DNA of 63,743 nucleotides, filler included, from Licmophora abbreviata (GCA_900291995.1; 12 parts of 12 records of this genome joined end to end with filler, not necessarily neighbours in it), one strand, 5' to 3'; positions 53,075 to 63,743 are shown, counted from the whole stretch's first letter. Notes: generated by a model from the sequence alone, not told the origin. Numbers and translations: made by a program.

Positions 53075-54130
53075 CTAAGCACCGAGCTTGTCCCATGCAA
53101 CTTGTCCAATGGCTGCATCTTGGGCACCGGTTCCGGTCAAATCGACAACAATGATTTCGTTTCCTTCACGTCCTTTCTTTGATCCGTTGACAACCTCCCC
53201 AAGTTCCGCGTAAACATCGTCTTCCGTCATGACCCCCGCTTGGATGGCACCTCGCAACTCTCCGACTTTGGAGGTTTGCTTGGTCAAATCGCTGATGTAT
53301 TTGGAGGCCTTGAGTACATCGTTCGGGATCTCTTGCTTGGTCGGCTGGTCAGATCCGGACGCAATGATAGTAACTCCGCTCGTCTTGAGCCAGTCCTTCT
53401 CTAAGACCGTTGCCGATCCCGGTGTCTGCGTAAAGATTACATCACTCTTCCCGCAGAGCTCCTCTGCCGACGATGCTACCGTAAAGGGCATACCCAATTC
53501 GGCCTCCATATCTTTGGAAAATTCTTCCGCGCCCGCCAATCCAAAGACTACTCCCTCAAAAGGCCTCACCGCCGCAGCCGCTCGCGCCATGTTTCGCGCA
53601 ATGGCACCGCACCCAATGAAGCCCACCACATTTTGTTCTGGCGTGGTGCAGTGCTTCATCGACACGGCCCCCGCCGCACCCGTCCTTAGGTCCGTCATGA
53701 ATCGGTTTTCCTGGAAGACACCGAGAGGAGCTCCCGTGACGGCGTTGACGACAACGAAGATTCCCGATCCTGGGGGCAAGCCGCGTTCGGTGTTCTTGTA
53801 AAAGGAAACGCAGGCCAGTTTGACCGTAAACGTGGGAGTTCCCGAGATGTATCCTCCCTTGATGTGACAGTCTCCTGGTCCAGCTGCGGGGGATTCCTCG
53901 ATACCAATGTGCATGGGCATTGGCACGTCGACCTTTCCCCTGGCTAGAGCAGCGAAGGCTTCCTCGACCGACTCGATGGCATCGGCGACTGACAAATTGG
54001 ACGTGACAGTGTTGTAGTCGAACAAGCGAGGAGGCGGGAAGCCACTGACGGCGGACAAGGGCCGGGTCGATCCAACTGCACCAATGGCTCGACGAGCAGA
54101 GTGACGCACAAGCGATGAGAGCACAAACAT
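53075..54130 (-). CDS. Ornithine cyclodeaminase/mu-crystallin family protein with mitochondrial-type leader
   Basis: TDLRTGAAGA, GFIGCGAIA, GEL, ELGEVV, DLTGTGAQD. Arg/Ser-rich N-terminus. Confidence 0.92.
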   Translation of the reverse strand: MFVLSSLVRHSARRAIGAVGSTRPLSAVSGFPPPRLFDYNTVTSNLSVADAIESVEEAFAALARGKVDVPMPMHIGIEESPAAGPGDCHIKGGYISGTPTFTVKLACVSFYKNTERGLPPGSGIFVVVNAVTGAPLGVFQENRFMTDLRTGAAGAVSMKHCTTPEQNVVGFIGCGAIARNMARAAAAVRPFEGVVFGLAGAEEFSKDMEAELGMPFTVASSAEELCGKSDVIFTQTPGSATVLEKDWLKTSGVTIIASGSDQPTKQEIPNDVLKASKYISDLTKQTSKVGELRGAIQAGVMTEDDVYAELGEVVNGSKKGREGNEIIVVDLTGTGAQDAAIGQVAWDKLGA

Positions 54131-54656
54131 GGCAGCAGACTTCGCAATTCAAGGATGTCACTGGTCCTTCGAGCGGCTTGAAGCACGGCGGTGTCAAACA
54201 ACACGCACTTCGAACTTGTGAGAGAGTTTGTCCAAACTAAAAAAATCCGAAAAAGAAAAAAGACAGAGGTTGAAGTTTTGAGTTTTGACCACATCCAACT
54301 TCAACGTGGGCAAGATGAGTCGAAGAAGTCAAAAACGCGCGCAGCACGGTTTTGGCGACGGCGGGAAGACGGGCGAAGGCGTTGTGCGTTGAAAGAATTT
54401 GGAACACATGCAACAATCACGTCTCTCTCATCCAAGCTATTGGATGACACTCTTGCGTGATTCATCATCGCTTGGTTGAAACCAAGAACCCTGGGTGACA
54501 GGCCCTGATACCAGATAGTCGTCGATAGCTCACGTGGAAGTTGGCTCGCGTCTGGGTTCCAAACTGACTCCGTGAAAATTGAAAACCTATTTGTTCTTTG
54601 AACCCAGGGCTTGCAAACACAAACAACTAACCTACCGTCCAGAACTTTCCAATACA

Positions 54657-56333
54657 ATGCGCCAGTTGTTGACTGACCTTCGAGGCAATCCAATTTCCTT
54701 TGCCACAAGGCGGCGTCAGAGGCGTGTCGGTCATGCTCATCTTCCGACACTCTTCTATCTAGTCCGGAACCAGTCCTGGGCTGACGTCTTACGTCGAGCC
54801 CGCACCCATCCGCACGAAATCACCGTACAAGAAGAAGTCAGCGGCAATACTCCACTTCATGTGGCTTGTCGTTTAGATCCTCCTGCTGAAGTGGTTCGAG
54901 CCTTACTCAGAGCGTCGCGAGACACGAACGCTGAAGGAAGTACGCCCCTACATCTGGCCGCCACCCATCGTGTCTCAGTCGATGTGATTCGTGTATTGCT
55001 AGAAGCACCTATGGAAGAGGGCGAGATGTCACCAACTGCGTCGCTAACACGTACGGGGCGAGCCCCCATTCATTTCGCCTGTATGTCGTTCCGAGGACTA
55101 AGCGTGGAGGCTTTTCAAACATTGTTGGATGCAACGCTTCGACACGGCAACGTTCATACGCATCAGGACCAAGTCGAGTTCGACTTTCTCGACGACGAGG
55201 ATCAAATGGGAGGAAACACAGAAAAAGCATCACCGCAGGTGAATGTTATGACATTGCGAGACTCCACAGGTCAGACGCCATTAGGACTTTTGTTTCGGCG
55301 GTACCGCGAACGAGTGCGCTGTGTCATCAAGACAGTTGAGCGGCTGCGGACTGAACATCATCGATCTCCGCCCATGGCCAACATTGCCGCTGCCATGACG
55401 GTCCAGGCGGATCTTGGAGAACTCTGGGAAAAGTCCAGAATCATTGTGGGACGACTCACGGAAGAGCGTCTCCAACGGGAGGGACAAAGCTTCGTCGAGT
55501 CGAGTAATGCGCTGCAGAGTCCCGGAGAAGCAGCCATCGCCCAAGAAGCCGCTGCCTGGGCTGCGGAACAATACCGACATTCTTTACATCTCCAACACGA
55601 CAGTACAAATCCGGAAGCGAATACGACTTTCGGTCAGCGACAATTTCGAATTGTTCACGCGTCCGTTGGCTTAACAGGCTACGGCTGTCCTCCAGAGTTA
55701 ATTCGATTGGCAATTTCGATCCATCCTACACAAGTCAGTGAAATGGACGAAGACGGCAATCTCCCATTACATATTGCTGCAGTTGCATCATCCTATGTGA
55801 CATGCTCAAGCAGTCACGCACCTGACTCCTTCTTGACTGCTGGCCCGTCTCCGTTTCATCGTCCCGCGTCGGACGAAGACAGTTTCGTGTCGGACATGAG
55901 TCTCTGGAGTGTTAGCCCAACAACAACCAATGCCTTTGACAAGGTCATCAAGATCTTGCTGGGGCACTACCCTGCCGCCGCTCGTATTCCTCATGGTCGC
56001 ACTGGTCGTCTTCCTTTGACAATGGCTATTGAAGCGAAACGTCGTACATGGGACGATGGCATCCGTGCCCTCGTCGACGCTTTCCCACCGGCTCTTGCCA
56101 GTGCCCGAAAGACACCCATTGGCCTATTTCCGTACATTCTAGCCAAGGCGACAGAAAGAAAGCGTGGTGTGATTGTAGGGTTCCCGAAGTCTCAACTTAG
56201 CGCTAGCAAAGTCAAGGCGACGGAAGCAAGAGCCTCGTCCAAGCTGGGTCTCAATACGTTGTTTGAGTTGGTAAAGACGAAGCCCGACTTGGTAAAGTAT
56301 GGGGGCGAAGAGGCGAGCGCGATGGTAGAGTAG
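54657..56333 (+). CDS. Ankyrin-repeat protein (eukaryotic/diatom type)
   Basis: GNTPLHVAC, GSTPLHLAA, GRAPIHFAC, GQTPL, GNLPLHIAA, GRLPL. Confidence 0.85.
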   Translation: MRQLLTDLRGNPISFATRRRQRRVGHAHLPTLFYLVRNQSWADVLRRARTHPHEITVQEEVSGNTPLHVACRLDPPAEVVRALLRASRDTNAEGSTPLHLAATHRVSVDVIRVLLEAPMEEGEMSPTASLTRTGRAPIHFACMSFRGLSVEAFQTLLDATLRHGNVHTHQDQVEFDFLDDEDQMGGNTEKASPQVNVMTLRDSTGQTPLGLLFRRYRERVRCVIKTVERLRTEHHRSPPMANIAAAMTVQADLGELWEKSRIIVGRLTEERLQREGQSFVESSNALQSPGEAAIAQEAAAWAAEQYRHSLHLQHDSTNPEANTTFGQRQFRIVHASVGLTGYGCPPELIRLAISIHPTQVSEMDEDGNLPLHIAAVASSYVTCSSSHAPDSFLTAGPSPFHRPASDEDSFVSDMSLWSVSPTTTNAFDKVIKILLGHYPAAARIPHGRTGRLPLTMAIEAKRRTWDDGIRALVDAFPPALASARKTPIGLFPYILAKATERKRGVIVGFPKSQLSASKVKATEARASSKLGLNTLFELVKTKPDLVKYGGEEASAMVE

Positions 56334-56534
56334 CGTGTATGATATCTTCTAAGAACAAGTCTTTAATGAACTAGTCGTACGAGAAGTTGGTCTTTCGATA
56401 GGATCCGTGCTAGTACGAGTGCAAGGTGCCAACTACCAGCCTACATGTACCGTACCTGGGTTGTCTATGGCTCGTCGGCACGCCCGTCACCACTCCATGC
56501 TTTCTACGCACTCCACTCTGCCTCAAGTCTAAGC

Positions 56535-57064
56535 CTACCACCCTGTTGCCTCGGCCTCATCTTGATCACGCACATACCATTTCGGATCAATATAACCGGA
56601 AAAGACATGAAACAGGATGATCCAGAGCGCCCACAGTGACCCGACGACAATGGATGCATACAGCGACTTGTTGATCCATTTTTGAGATGCGAGGTGGATC
56701 TGTTCCGATGTCATACCGTCTCCGCCCTGTGGACGATCTGGGTAAGATACAAGCAGCAATTCATTGAGAAAAGATTCAGTTCCTGTTCCGCTGTCCGTGG
56801 TTCTCATCGACAAAGAAAGCCACAAGACCAAAAGTGTTGGATGCCCAAGACGTGATCAAAAGTGCAGTGTAGCAATGATACTTCCTGCCGTGACTCACCC
56901 ATCGATGAAGAGTCTGTATCGTCACTTAGCAAGGCGTCGGGGCGATTTCCATCGTCGCCAGATCGCTGTTTTCGGTATCCATACATGACGTGAACGACCC
57001 ACAGCCACGGGAGGCCACAGCAGCCCGCGAGAAAGATTCTCTGCGAAAGCAAGTCCTCTCGCAT
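56535..57064 (-). CDS. PEN2: Gamma-secretase subunit PEN-2 (presenilin enhancer 2); intron 56738..56898
   Basis: IFLAGCCGLPWLWVVHVMY hairpin and second TM WINKSLYASIVVGSLWALWIILFH. The intron joins SSM-DRPQ in frame. Confidence 0.78.
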
Positions 57065-57629
57065 ATTTATGCTTGTATCCGTGTATCACAGCGCTCCAAA
57101 AGTACTTAATTCGGGTGTCGGCAATGGGAAAAGAGAGACAGGAGCTGCAGGAAGCGACTGAGACGACGATTGCAGCGGCAAGCGGTGCATCATTGCGATG
57201 ATTGACATTCGAGNNNNNNNNNNNNNNNNNNNNNNNNNNNNNNNNNNNNNNNNNNNNTTAATTAATTAANNNNNNNNNNNNNNNNNNNNNNNNNNNNNNN
57301 NNNNNNNNNNNNNTGTTGTTTATATTGCCCAGTTTTGTAGAGTTAGGTATGTTCCCGACCGAAGATGGCAGGATCAGACGACAATAAACATAGCACGGAT
57401 TTCAATTAATCGAGTTAAGTTCATGAAAGGAGAACTCTCTGTCATTGGCTGAAGTGTATGACCATGGACACTTTTTACTTATACAGGAGTCCATTTTCAG
57501 CCAATTTTGAATGTGCCTAGTGACTCTTACGTTGATTCCACGCAGTGTCTGTACTGAAACCAACTCACTTTTTTCCAACGAGGCACACAAATCCAAGCTG
57601 CTCCTCGCTGACACGATACTGCTGCCAAG

Positions 57630-58443
57630 ATGACGACTCTTGACCTTGTAAAGGAATGCTTGTTGGCCCTCAAGGACCGCACGGGATCCAGCGTCCCTGC
57701 CATTACCAAGTGGCTTGAAAGCGAGAAGAAGGTGAGTTCTGAAAGCGATTTTTTGATCACTTTTCGTCGGCTTCAGAATCTTGGCCCGACTTTTTGTGCC
57801 TCTGGTGACTTTTTTCGTGACGGCATGAAATTCAGTCGCCTGCAGTGCGATTTTCCAGTCGATTATCACTCCCAAATCAAGCAGCATTGTTATTCACAAC
57901 GAAGACTGTCGAGTAATGGCTCGAGAGCTATCCAAAGCAGCAGTTTTGAGCATCAACGCCTCCTGTAAGCTTTGAGCGACTGGCAGTAGGATGCAACGTA
58001 CCTTCTAGTACCATGGCGGCGCGACGAAGATTCTGTGCTCTGTAGGCTGATTTTACGTACCGCGCACTGATTTTTACCTTCCTATGGTCTCACTGTATGC
58101 CCCTCTACCATCCCTCTGTCTCTCGGTCCAGACGGAAGTCAAGAAACACGTCCTCAAAGCTGCATTGAAGCGTGGCATTGAGACCGGTGTTCTTGTTCCC
58201 GTCAAGAATTCCTACAAACTCTCGCCGGAAGCCAAGAAGCCCCCCAAGAAGAAGAAGGCCGCCCCTAAGAAAAAGACGGCTCCAAAGAAGAAGACGGCAC
58301 CCAAGAAGAAGGCCGCTCCCAAGAAGAAGAAGACGGCTCCAAAGAAGAAGACGACTACGAAAAAGGCCGCACCTAAGAAGAAGACCGCACCCAAGAAGAA
58401 GACTACTACTAAGAAGAAGACGACCAAAAAGACCAAGAAATAG
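57630..58443 (+). CDS. H1: Linker histone H1; intron 57732..58131
   Basis: Globular domain LKDRTGSSVPAITKW...LKAALKRG...KNSYKL and a Lys/Ala/Pro/Thr tail of (T/A)APKKK repeats. Confidence 0.95.
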
Positions 58444-59701
58444 GAAGTCTATGGTATGGTGGGGGGAGTACGACTTGATGGGTTGCCTCGCTTGGGTATC
58501 GGGTGCGTACTTTATGCCTTCTGGGCGCGACGAGCCAATTCTCTGCAGCTGTGAAATGGATTGGGCGAGTCCGTTGTCTTTGTGTCATGTTGAATGGAAT
58601 AAAATCACTCTACTTAGTTAAATTGCGGTTTGAATGGATCTCCTTGCTGTCAGGAATGATAGAATGTAGTGGGAAGTAAGTGGAGGCCTCCGAATGGCAG
58701 GATAGCAACTATCGCCTCACTGCCGTAGCCTTCCATACTCGAGTTGCGTACAAGTCGCGCCCGAAAATGTGAGCGCGGATTTAAACCCTTTCCCACGCAT
58801 GTTTCGCATGAAGAGTGACATATTTAGATCCGCAGCGAAGGTTTGGATAGTATAGTACCGGTAAACTATCGTATAATGCCGGAAAAAGAGAGAATCCGGT
58901 CCAGTTTGCCATGGTCACTCGCAGCTCACGCAGCCCAAGGCTCAAGGCATCAAAGATCAAAACCCGCAGCTTCGTGCGCGCGCCGTCAGCGTATCGCGCG
59001 ATCGTCCTGATATACGACTCGACTCACTCGACTCCAATATTGCGACGTCGAACCGTGAGCCGTCGTAATGTAGAGTTGAGTCTACAAATTCCTCAAGCAA
59101 CAGGATACTTCGCACCGATGCAGCTTCTATTGGCTCCTGCGACGATACTAATGAGCATAAATGAGGCATCATGGCGTTGTTGCTCATACCTATGAGCTCG
59201 TTGAACATTGGACAAGGTTAATTCGAGATCAAGCGCAGAATGGCTCTTCTACAGGTAGCACGGTGTCGCGTTACCGAATCTTCCATGCAATCTTCGCCCT
59301 AGCACGGTTAAGGAAGGGCGTGAGCAACATGACCGATGTTCACCAGTGCTGCTTTCCTACGTGATACGATGCGATAGCACTCGACCTGATTCCTCCGCTT
59401 TGTGTAGTACTTTCGTCGATCCCTTGCAGCGCCCATGCGAAAAGTCGCCCGAATGTATCGGATAGATCCTCGCCCATGTGGTCGAGCTACGCAACGCCAC
59501 TTGACCTCACTGGCCAGCTTATCTCCTCGTGGAAGCTGATACTAGGTCTAGCTAGCGTCTGGAAACGTTAAGCACGCTCCATAGATAGTTTGCAAAGACA
59601 ATGCTATGACCGCAACAAAAATTAATTGACTTAGTTCAACGCAGGCTTGTGATTGTCTCGTCCTACCGGTACAGCACCCCTACAGTACATCAAAGAGAAC
59701 T

Positions 59702-60940
59702 CTACCCAAAGCACAGAATGTCAGTCCAACCGGGGACATTCTGCACCTCAGATTTCAATTGACTACCGCCCTTGTCCCTCCACTGATCGTGAGGTCCGAT
59801 CGATTGCACCATGTCATCAAACGTCGCCGTCACCGAATCTCCCAGCATGAACTCTGGTGTCCCGACCGTATTGTACGCGAACTTTGAGTCCTTCTTGTAG
59901 ACAGGATGGTGGTATGTGAGATGGGTACAAACGTATCCGGCATCGTAAACCATTTCCAGAATGGTTTTGGGTTCCGTGTTTGCGCTGTGCAAGAGGACAT
60001 GCGAATATTCTACCAAAAGAAAGCGGGGGTGGTGCTTCCCGTGCAGCAAGTCGTATGCACCCCGAATGACGGCCTCTTCGTTTCCTTGTGTGTCTGTTTT
60101 GAAGAGGTGCACTTGCTCGAGGTTCTGAGGTTCGATGAACTTGTGCACAGGTCCCGTCTGCACAGTAGTAATGACATGCGCGTCATCTGCCTTGGGATCG
60201 ATCAAATGGTGAGACGGCGAGCCGGGGTCATGCTTGCCGACGTATCCAAACGTCTTCAATGCTTCCGTTCCGTCCAGACCAACACAGTTAACGTGAACGC
60301 GATCCTCTAGCTTCTCCTTGTGGACATTATTCTTGAGTATTTCGCATGTTTCCTCCACAGGCTCGAATGAGAAGACAGTATGCCCTTCTTTTGCGAGTGG
60401 TAGACCGAACTGACCGATATTCGCCCCAATGTCGATGACAGTGGCCTTGTTTCCCTTGCCAAGAAGAATGCTCATGATGTTTTCTGGCATATCGAGAGGC
60501 AAAATGTGATCAAGATAGAACTGTTTGATGACCATGTCGTGAAACTTGCCACCTCCCGCTTGCTTTTGTTGTTGCAAGTCGTCGCACTTTTGGATAACGG
60601 CGGGGTACCCTTCCGCCACTGGGTTCGTGAGTGAATACTCGGCCTTGGCTAATGCGAGTGTGTCGGGCAGCGACGCGTTCTCAAGAACACCCCCCACGAA
60701 GAGTGGCGATTTGATAAATTCCAATAGCGCCTCCTTGCTACAGACAAGGGCGACAGTCGTACCGCCTCGCAAGGAGTTCATTTCCTCAATCAAGCCACGC
60801 GTAATTCCATCGTCTTTCTGGTGGTTGAGAGAGGCATAAAGGATGACCAGGAGAACCATCACGAAAGAGCATAGAGAACCCAAGGTCGGGCGGCGACATC
60901 CTGTCGCCCTTCTGTTGACGGGGCGGCGAACCACGGCCAT
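59702..60940 (-). CDS. FkbM family SAM-dependent methyltransferase, type II membrane protein
   Basis: IDIGANIG, FEP, KTDTQGNE and VEY motifs, with an N-terminal TM. Confidence 0.88.
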   Translation of the reverse strand: MAVVRRPVNRRATGCRRPTLGSLCSFVMVLLVILYASLNHQKDDGITRGLIEEMNSLRGGTTVALVCSKEALLEFIKSPLFVGGVLENASLPDTLALAKAEYSLTNPVAEGYPAVIQKCDDLQQQKQAGGGKFHDMVIKQFYLDHILPLDMPENIMSILLGKGNKATVIDIGANIGQFGLPLAKEGHTVFSFEPVEETCEILKNNVHKEKLEDRVHVNCVGLDGTEALKTFGYVGKHDPGSPSHHLIDPKADDAHVITTVQTGPVHKFIEPQNLEQVHLFKTDTQGNEEAVIRGAYDLLHGKHHPRFLLVEYSHVLLHSANTEPKTILEMVYDAGYVCTHLTYHHPVYKKDSKFAYNTVGTPEFMLGDSVTATFDDMVQSIGPHDQWRDKGGSQLKSEVQNVPGWTDILCFG

Positions 60941-61648
60941 GATAGAGATCGAGAGAGCGCCCTTGCACCTCTGAACGACAACGATGGCTCGCAAGCACTC
61001 GTTTGCAGTAATAATGTACCTGGTATGATGCACACAGCGACTGCGGAATGCGAGACGCCAGGGAAATACTGTTCCCGCGTTACTGCCATAGTTCAGTGGG
61101 CGCGATTCACGAATCTGCCCCGGATGACGACGGAGAGAAGGATGGCATCTTCACATCCAGTACTATCGTGCTCAATTTTGCCATCACGAGCATCCGAATT
61201 TTCGAATTTGTTCCCGAAGCGGAATAGCCCCCAGATCGAGAAAGTAACGCAAAGGAAGGCATCGTCGGGACCGCCATGGTCGTTCTGCGTATGAAATTTA
61301 CAAACACGGTCGTAACAATCATAGAAACGGGAGAATTCTGACAACAACAAGCAAAGAATTGATGATGTCGAGATGAGCTGACGAGAATGGAGATTGATGC
61401 TTTTTGCCTTACTTTCNNNNNNNNNNNNNNNNNNNNNNNNNNNNNNNNNNNNNNNNNNNNTTAATTAATTAANNNNNNNNNNNNNNNNNNNNNNNNNNNN
61501 NNNNNNNNNNNNNNNNAGAAGAGAAAGACGACGATGAAAATGCCTGCTCGATACTGAGTACGATACAAGCATGATACGGGTGCAGCACAGGTCTATCAGG
61601 GTTATGCGAGGTACCGGATAAACACAACTCAATAGTATGCCGTGCAAG

Positions 61649-62399
61649 CTACGGGCTGGCTTTGTCCAGCTGTTTGACGACGCCCGACTCGCATCCCAAT
61701 TTCGTGATAATGTCACCAATAAAGTCAATCTCCGCCCGGGTGCGAAGGATCTTTCCGCGAGCGCCCTCAATCGCCGGAAGGATTCCCTTGCCCTCTCCAA
61801 GCTCATCGTATGCAGTTTTGAGCTTTCTCAAGTCGCGCTTCTCTTCGCCTTCCTTAAGGACCAACGAAGCTTTCCCCATCAATGCTTCAAAAGCACTCCA
61901 CCCATCACGAAGCTCTTCCGTAGCTACGTCAAGGATGCCCCTAAGTGTCGAGAGTTTACCAATTTGATCCAAACATTCCTTCACGTCTCCAGTCTGCCTG
62001 GTTCGACGCTCGCCGGAAGGATCCTTAGTCGTCGCCTCAAAGGTCGCTTGGAGGAGATTGTCAATCTCTGCCGACGCTTGGCCGAGCTTGTCCTGATCTA
62101 GCAACTCATCCAAGCCGTCGACCAACTGACGTCCCGAATAATCCAATGTTCCCTCCTACAATGGTAACATGAAAGCAAGGAAACGCGACATATTTGAGAG
62201 GACACAAGTCGGACCCGCTTGCGTTGCAGACACCAAACAAGAAGGATCTAAAATTAGCTCCTTTTCCATCACGATAACCCAAGCCCGGGATCCTCACCTT
62301 CGCTGCAGCTTGGTCGAACTGTCTTCCTCGATGTATGTAGATGCCAACAAAAGCCGTGGTCGCAAAGGCGAGTAGAATAAGCAGACCTGCTGTCTTCAT
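61649..62399 (-). CDS. Signal-anchored or secreted alpha-helical hypothetical protein; intron 62156..62297
   Basis: MKTAGLLILLAFATTAF. The intron gtgagg...tag joins QAAAK-EGTLDYSG in frame. Confidence 0.65.
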
Positions 62400-62624
62400 C
62401 GTGGTTTACAATCGACGCCGACAATTTGTGACGATAAATAGCATGGTGTGTTTCACGATCGCTTTGGGCCGGTCACAATGACCAGCGGCATATGAAGAGT
62501 ATATAGTATTATGTATATCATACGNNNNNNNNNNNNNNNNNNNNNNNNNNNNNNNNNNNNNNNNNNNNTTAATTAATTAANNNNNNNNNNNNNNNNNNNN
62601 NNNNNNNNNNNNNNNNNNNNNNNN

Positions 62625-63743
62625 GGTTGACTCAAAGTCAATCATGATCAGATCACAGTTTCCGGCGGAGGGAGACTGGCTAGATGAGGTGTTGTCGCTA
62701 GGCGCGACAGAGGGAACGGCAGTTGTACCAGGACTTGTAGTTGCGATTGGAGTATTGCTAGGGACCGACTGAGGGGAAGCAGTAGATGGGCTGGTCGAAG
62801 GCGCGTCTCCGACAGGGGTAGACGGACCAATAACGCACATGTTCAAGAACCGTATAGCTCCTGACGACGCCAAGCTTACCGTGACGCTGGTTACGCTCCT
62901 GGACATGAGGGTGACGCTCTGAATGGAGTTGCTACCAAGCCCATCTACGACCACAGAATCCATTCCTACGTTGCCGTCCTGGTTTTCCTTCTCAATATAC
63001 ACGGTTGCACCTGATGGACCCTCAATGTCCATCAAGCCCAAAGAATACACCTCGAAAACTGGTTCGTTAAACGCGAATCGAACGAGACCACCGGAAGCAT
63101 TGTCATTCGGATTGACACTATCATCCTCTTGAATAATTAGGACGTTCCCTTGCGGAACACAGTTCTCCCCTTCGACGCCCGGATGTCCTCCGATGCCCAA
63201 CCCGGGCCCTGGCTGACTACAACGCACGTTCGGACTGCCTAAGTCGATGACATCGTGTGGGTCAGCAGTGTCAAATAAACGGGCTTTCCCATCCGGGGTG
63301 TATGAGCCATCACTTGATACGGCCGTGATGGCAATGCCATAATGAGCAAACCATTCCATGCTGACGTACGAGCCGCCTTTCAGAGCAGCGCCATCCGGCG
63401 TCACATCGAAACTAAGCGCAAACTCTTCATATGGATATGGGCAGCGTTCCGTCGGTCCCATGGTTGGTGTTTTTGACAAAGATGGCTCTACACTCCTAGA
63501 CTCCGTGGGAATGTTCGATGAAAGTGGCAAGGGTGTTGGATCGACAAAAGCCGGGGTCGGCTCAGGTGACGGGGTCATGCCCGCCGGAAAATCGCTGGGT
63601 GCCTCGACGAAACACGAGCTCAGATACCGTACTGCCCCGGAAGTGGCCAAGTTCACCTTCACACTCCTCACGTCCACTGCGTTCACTGCGATATCCTGGA
63701 TTGAGTTGCTTCCCAGACCATCCACAACAACGACCTCCGTGCT
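62625..63743 (-). CDS. Fragment of a large extracellular repeat protein with Pro/Ser/Thr linkers; truncated at both ends
   Basis: Domain FDTADP...DLGSPN.C..PGPG.G.GG.PG..GENC...NVLIIQE...NDNASGG. The terminal segment VVDGLGSNSIQ...SGA(V/I)R recurs twice. Confidence 0.8.

Noticed and set aside
13191..54130. Functional C/N metabolism cluster (theta-CA, NRT2, OCD, CRTISO)
   Set aside because: The genes are interspersed with unrelated loci and several gaps; this is ordinary eukaryotic gene order.
53229..54197. Long shadow ORFs over OCD, and similarly over the Roco, OSCA, ankyrin and secreted genes
   Set aside because: They overlap well-supported genes and lack motifs, as expected from codon bias at about 50% GC.
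58444..58620. Metazoan-type histone 3' stem-loop
   Set aside because: No matching 6-bp stem with 4-nt loop was seen. The gene has an intron and an AATAAA, consistent with polyadenylation.
58172..58621. Arg-rich alternative-frame ORF and hydrophobic antisense ORF over H1
   Set aside because: By-products of the repetitive AAG-rich Lys tail.
1..63743. tRNA, rRNA, snRNA, transposase or reverse transcriptase genes
   Set aside because: No recognisable signatures by eye. tRNAscan-SE, Infernal and RepeatMasker would be needed to exclude them formally.

Overview
This is a gene-dense eukaryotic nuclear window, most likely from a diatom (inferred from ASAFAP-type plastid leaders, an LCIB/theta-carbonic anhydrase, RxL-motif surface proteins and short GT-AG introns of about 75-190 bp). 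It is an assembly of 12 segments joined by 11 artificial 100-bp linkers (N44-TTAATTAATTAA-N44). At least one linker falls inside a gene, so the segments are at least partly in true order. About 36 protein-coding loci can be supported. They include a 2OG-Fe(II) oxygenase, an atypical kinase, a double-PHD PRH/HAT3.1-like protein, a rhomboid, two MORN proteins, theta-CA, p47/UBX, a GT23 fucosyltransferase, DUF1275, an OSCA/TMEM63 channel, two ankyrin proteins, a CRTISO-like enzyme, NRT2, a thylakoid-lumen protein, PH+EDR2_C, ornithine cyclodeaminase, PEN-2, histone H1, an FkbM methyltransferase and several secreted or surface proteins. The most notable locus is a Roco protein of about 1,600 aa or more (LRR-ROC-COR-Cys/His knuckle) that ends in a trypsin-like serine protease with an intact His/Asp/Ser triad instead of a kinase. 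It is a candidate GTP-switched sensor-protease, possibly in innate immunity or cell death. Also notable are a single-exon ankyrin gene built from 93-bp DNA repeats and a family of GAGTC-module and TACCGGTA intergenic motifs. No rRNA, tRNA, CRISPR array or transposase was recognised. All calls were made by eye; no searches were run.
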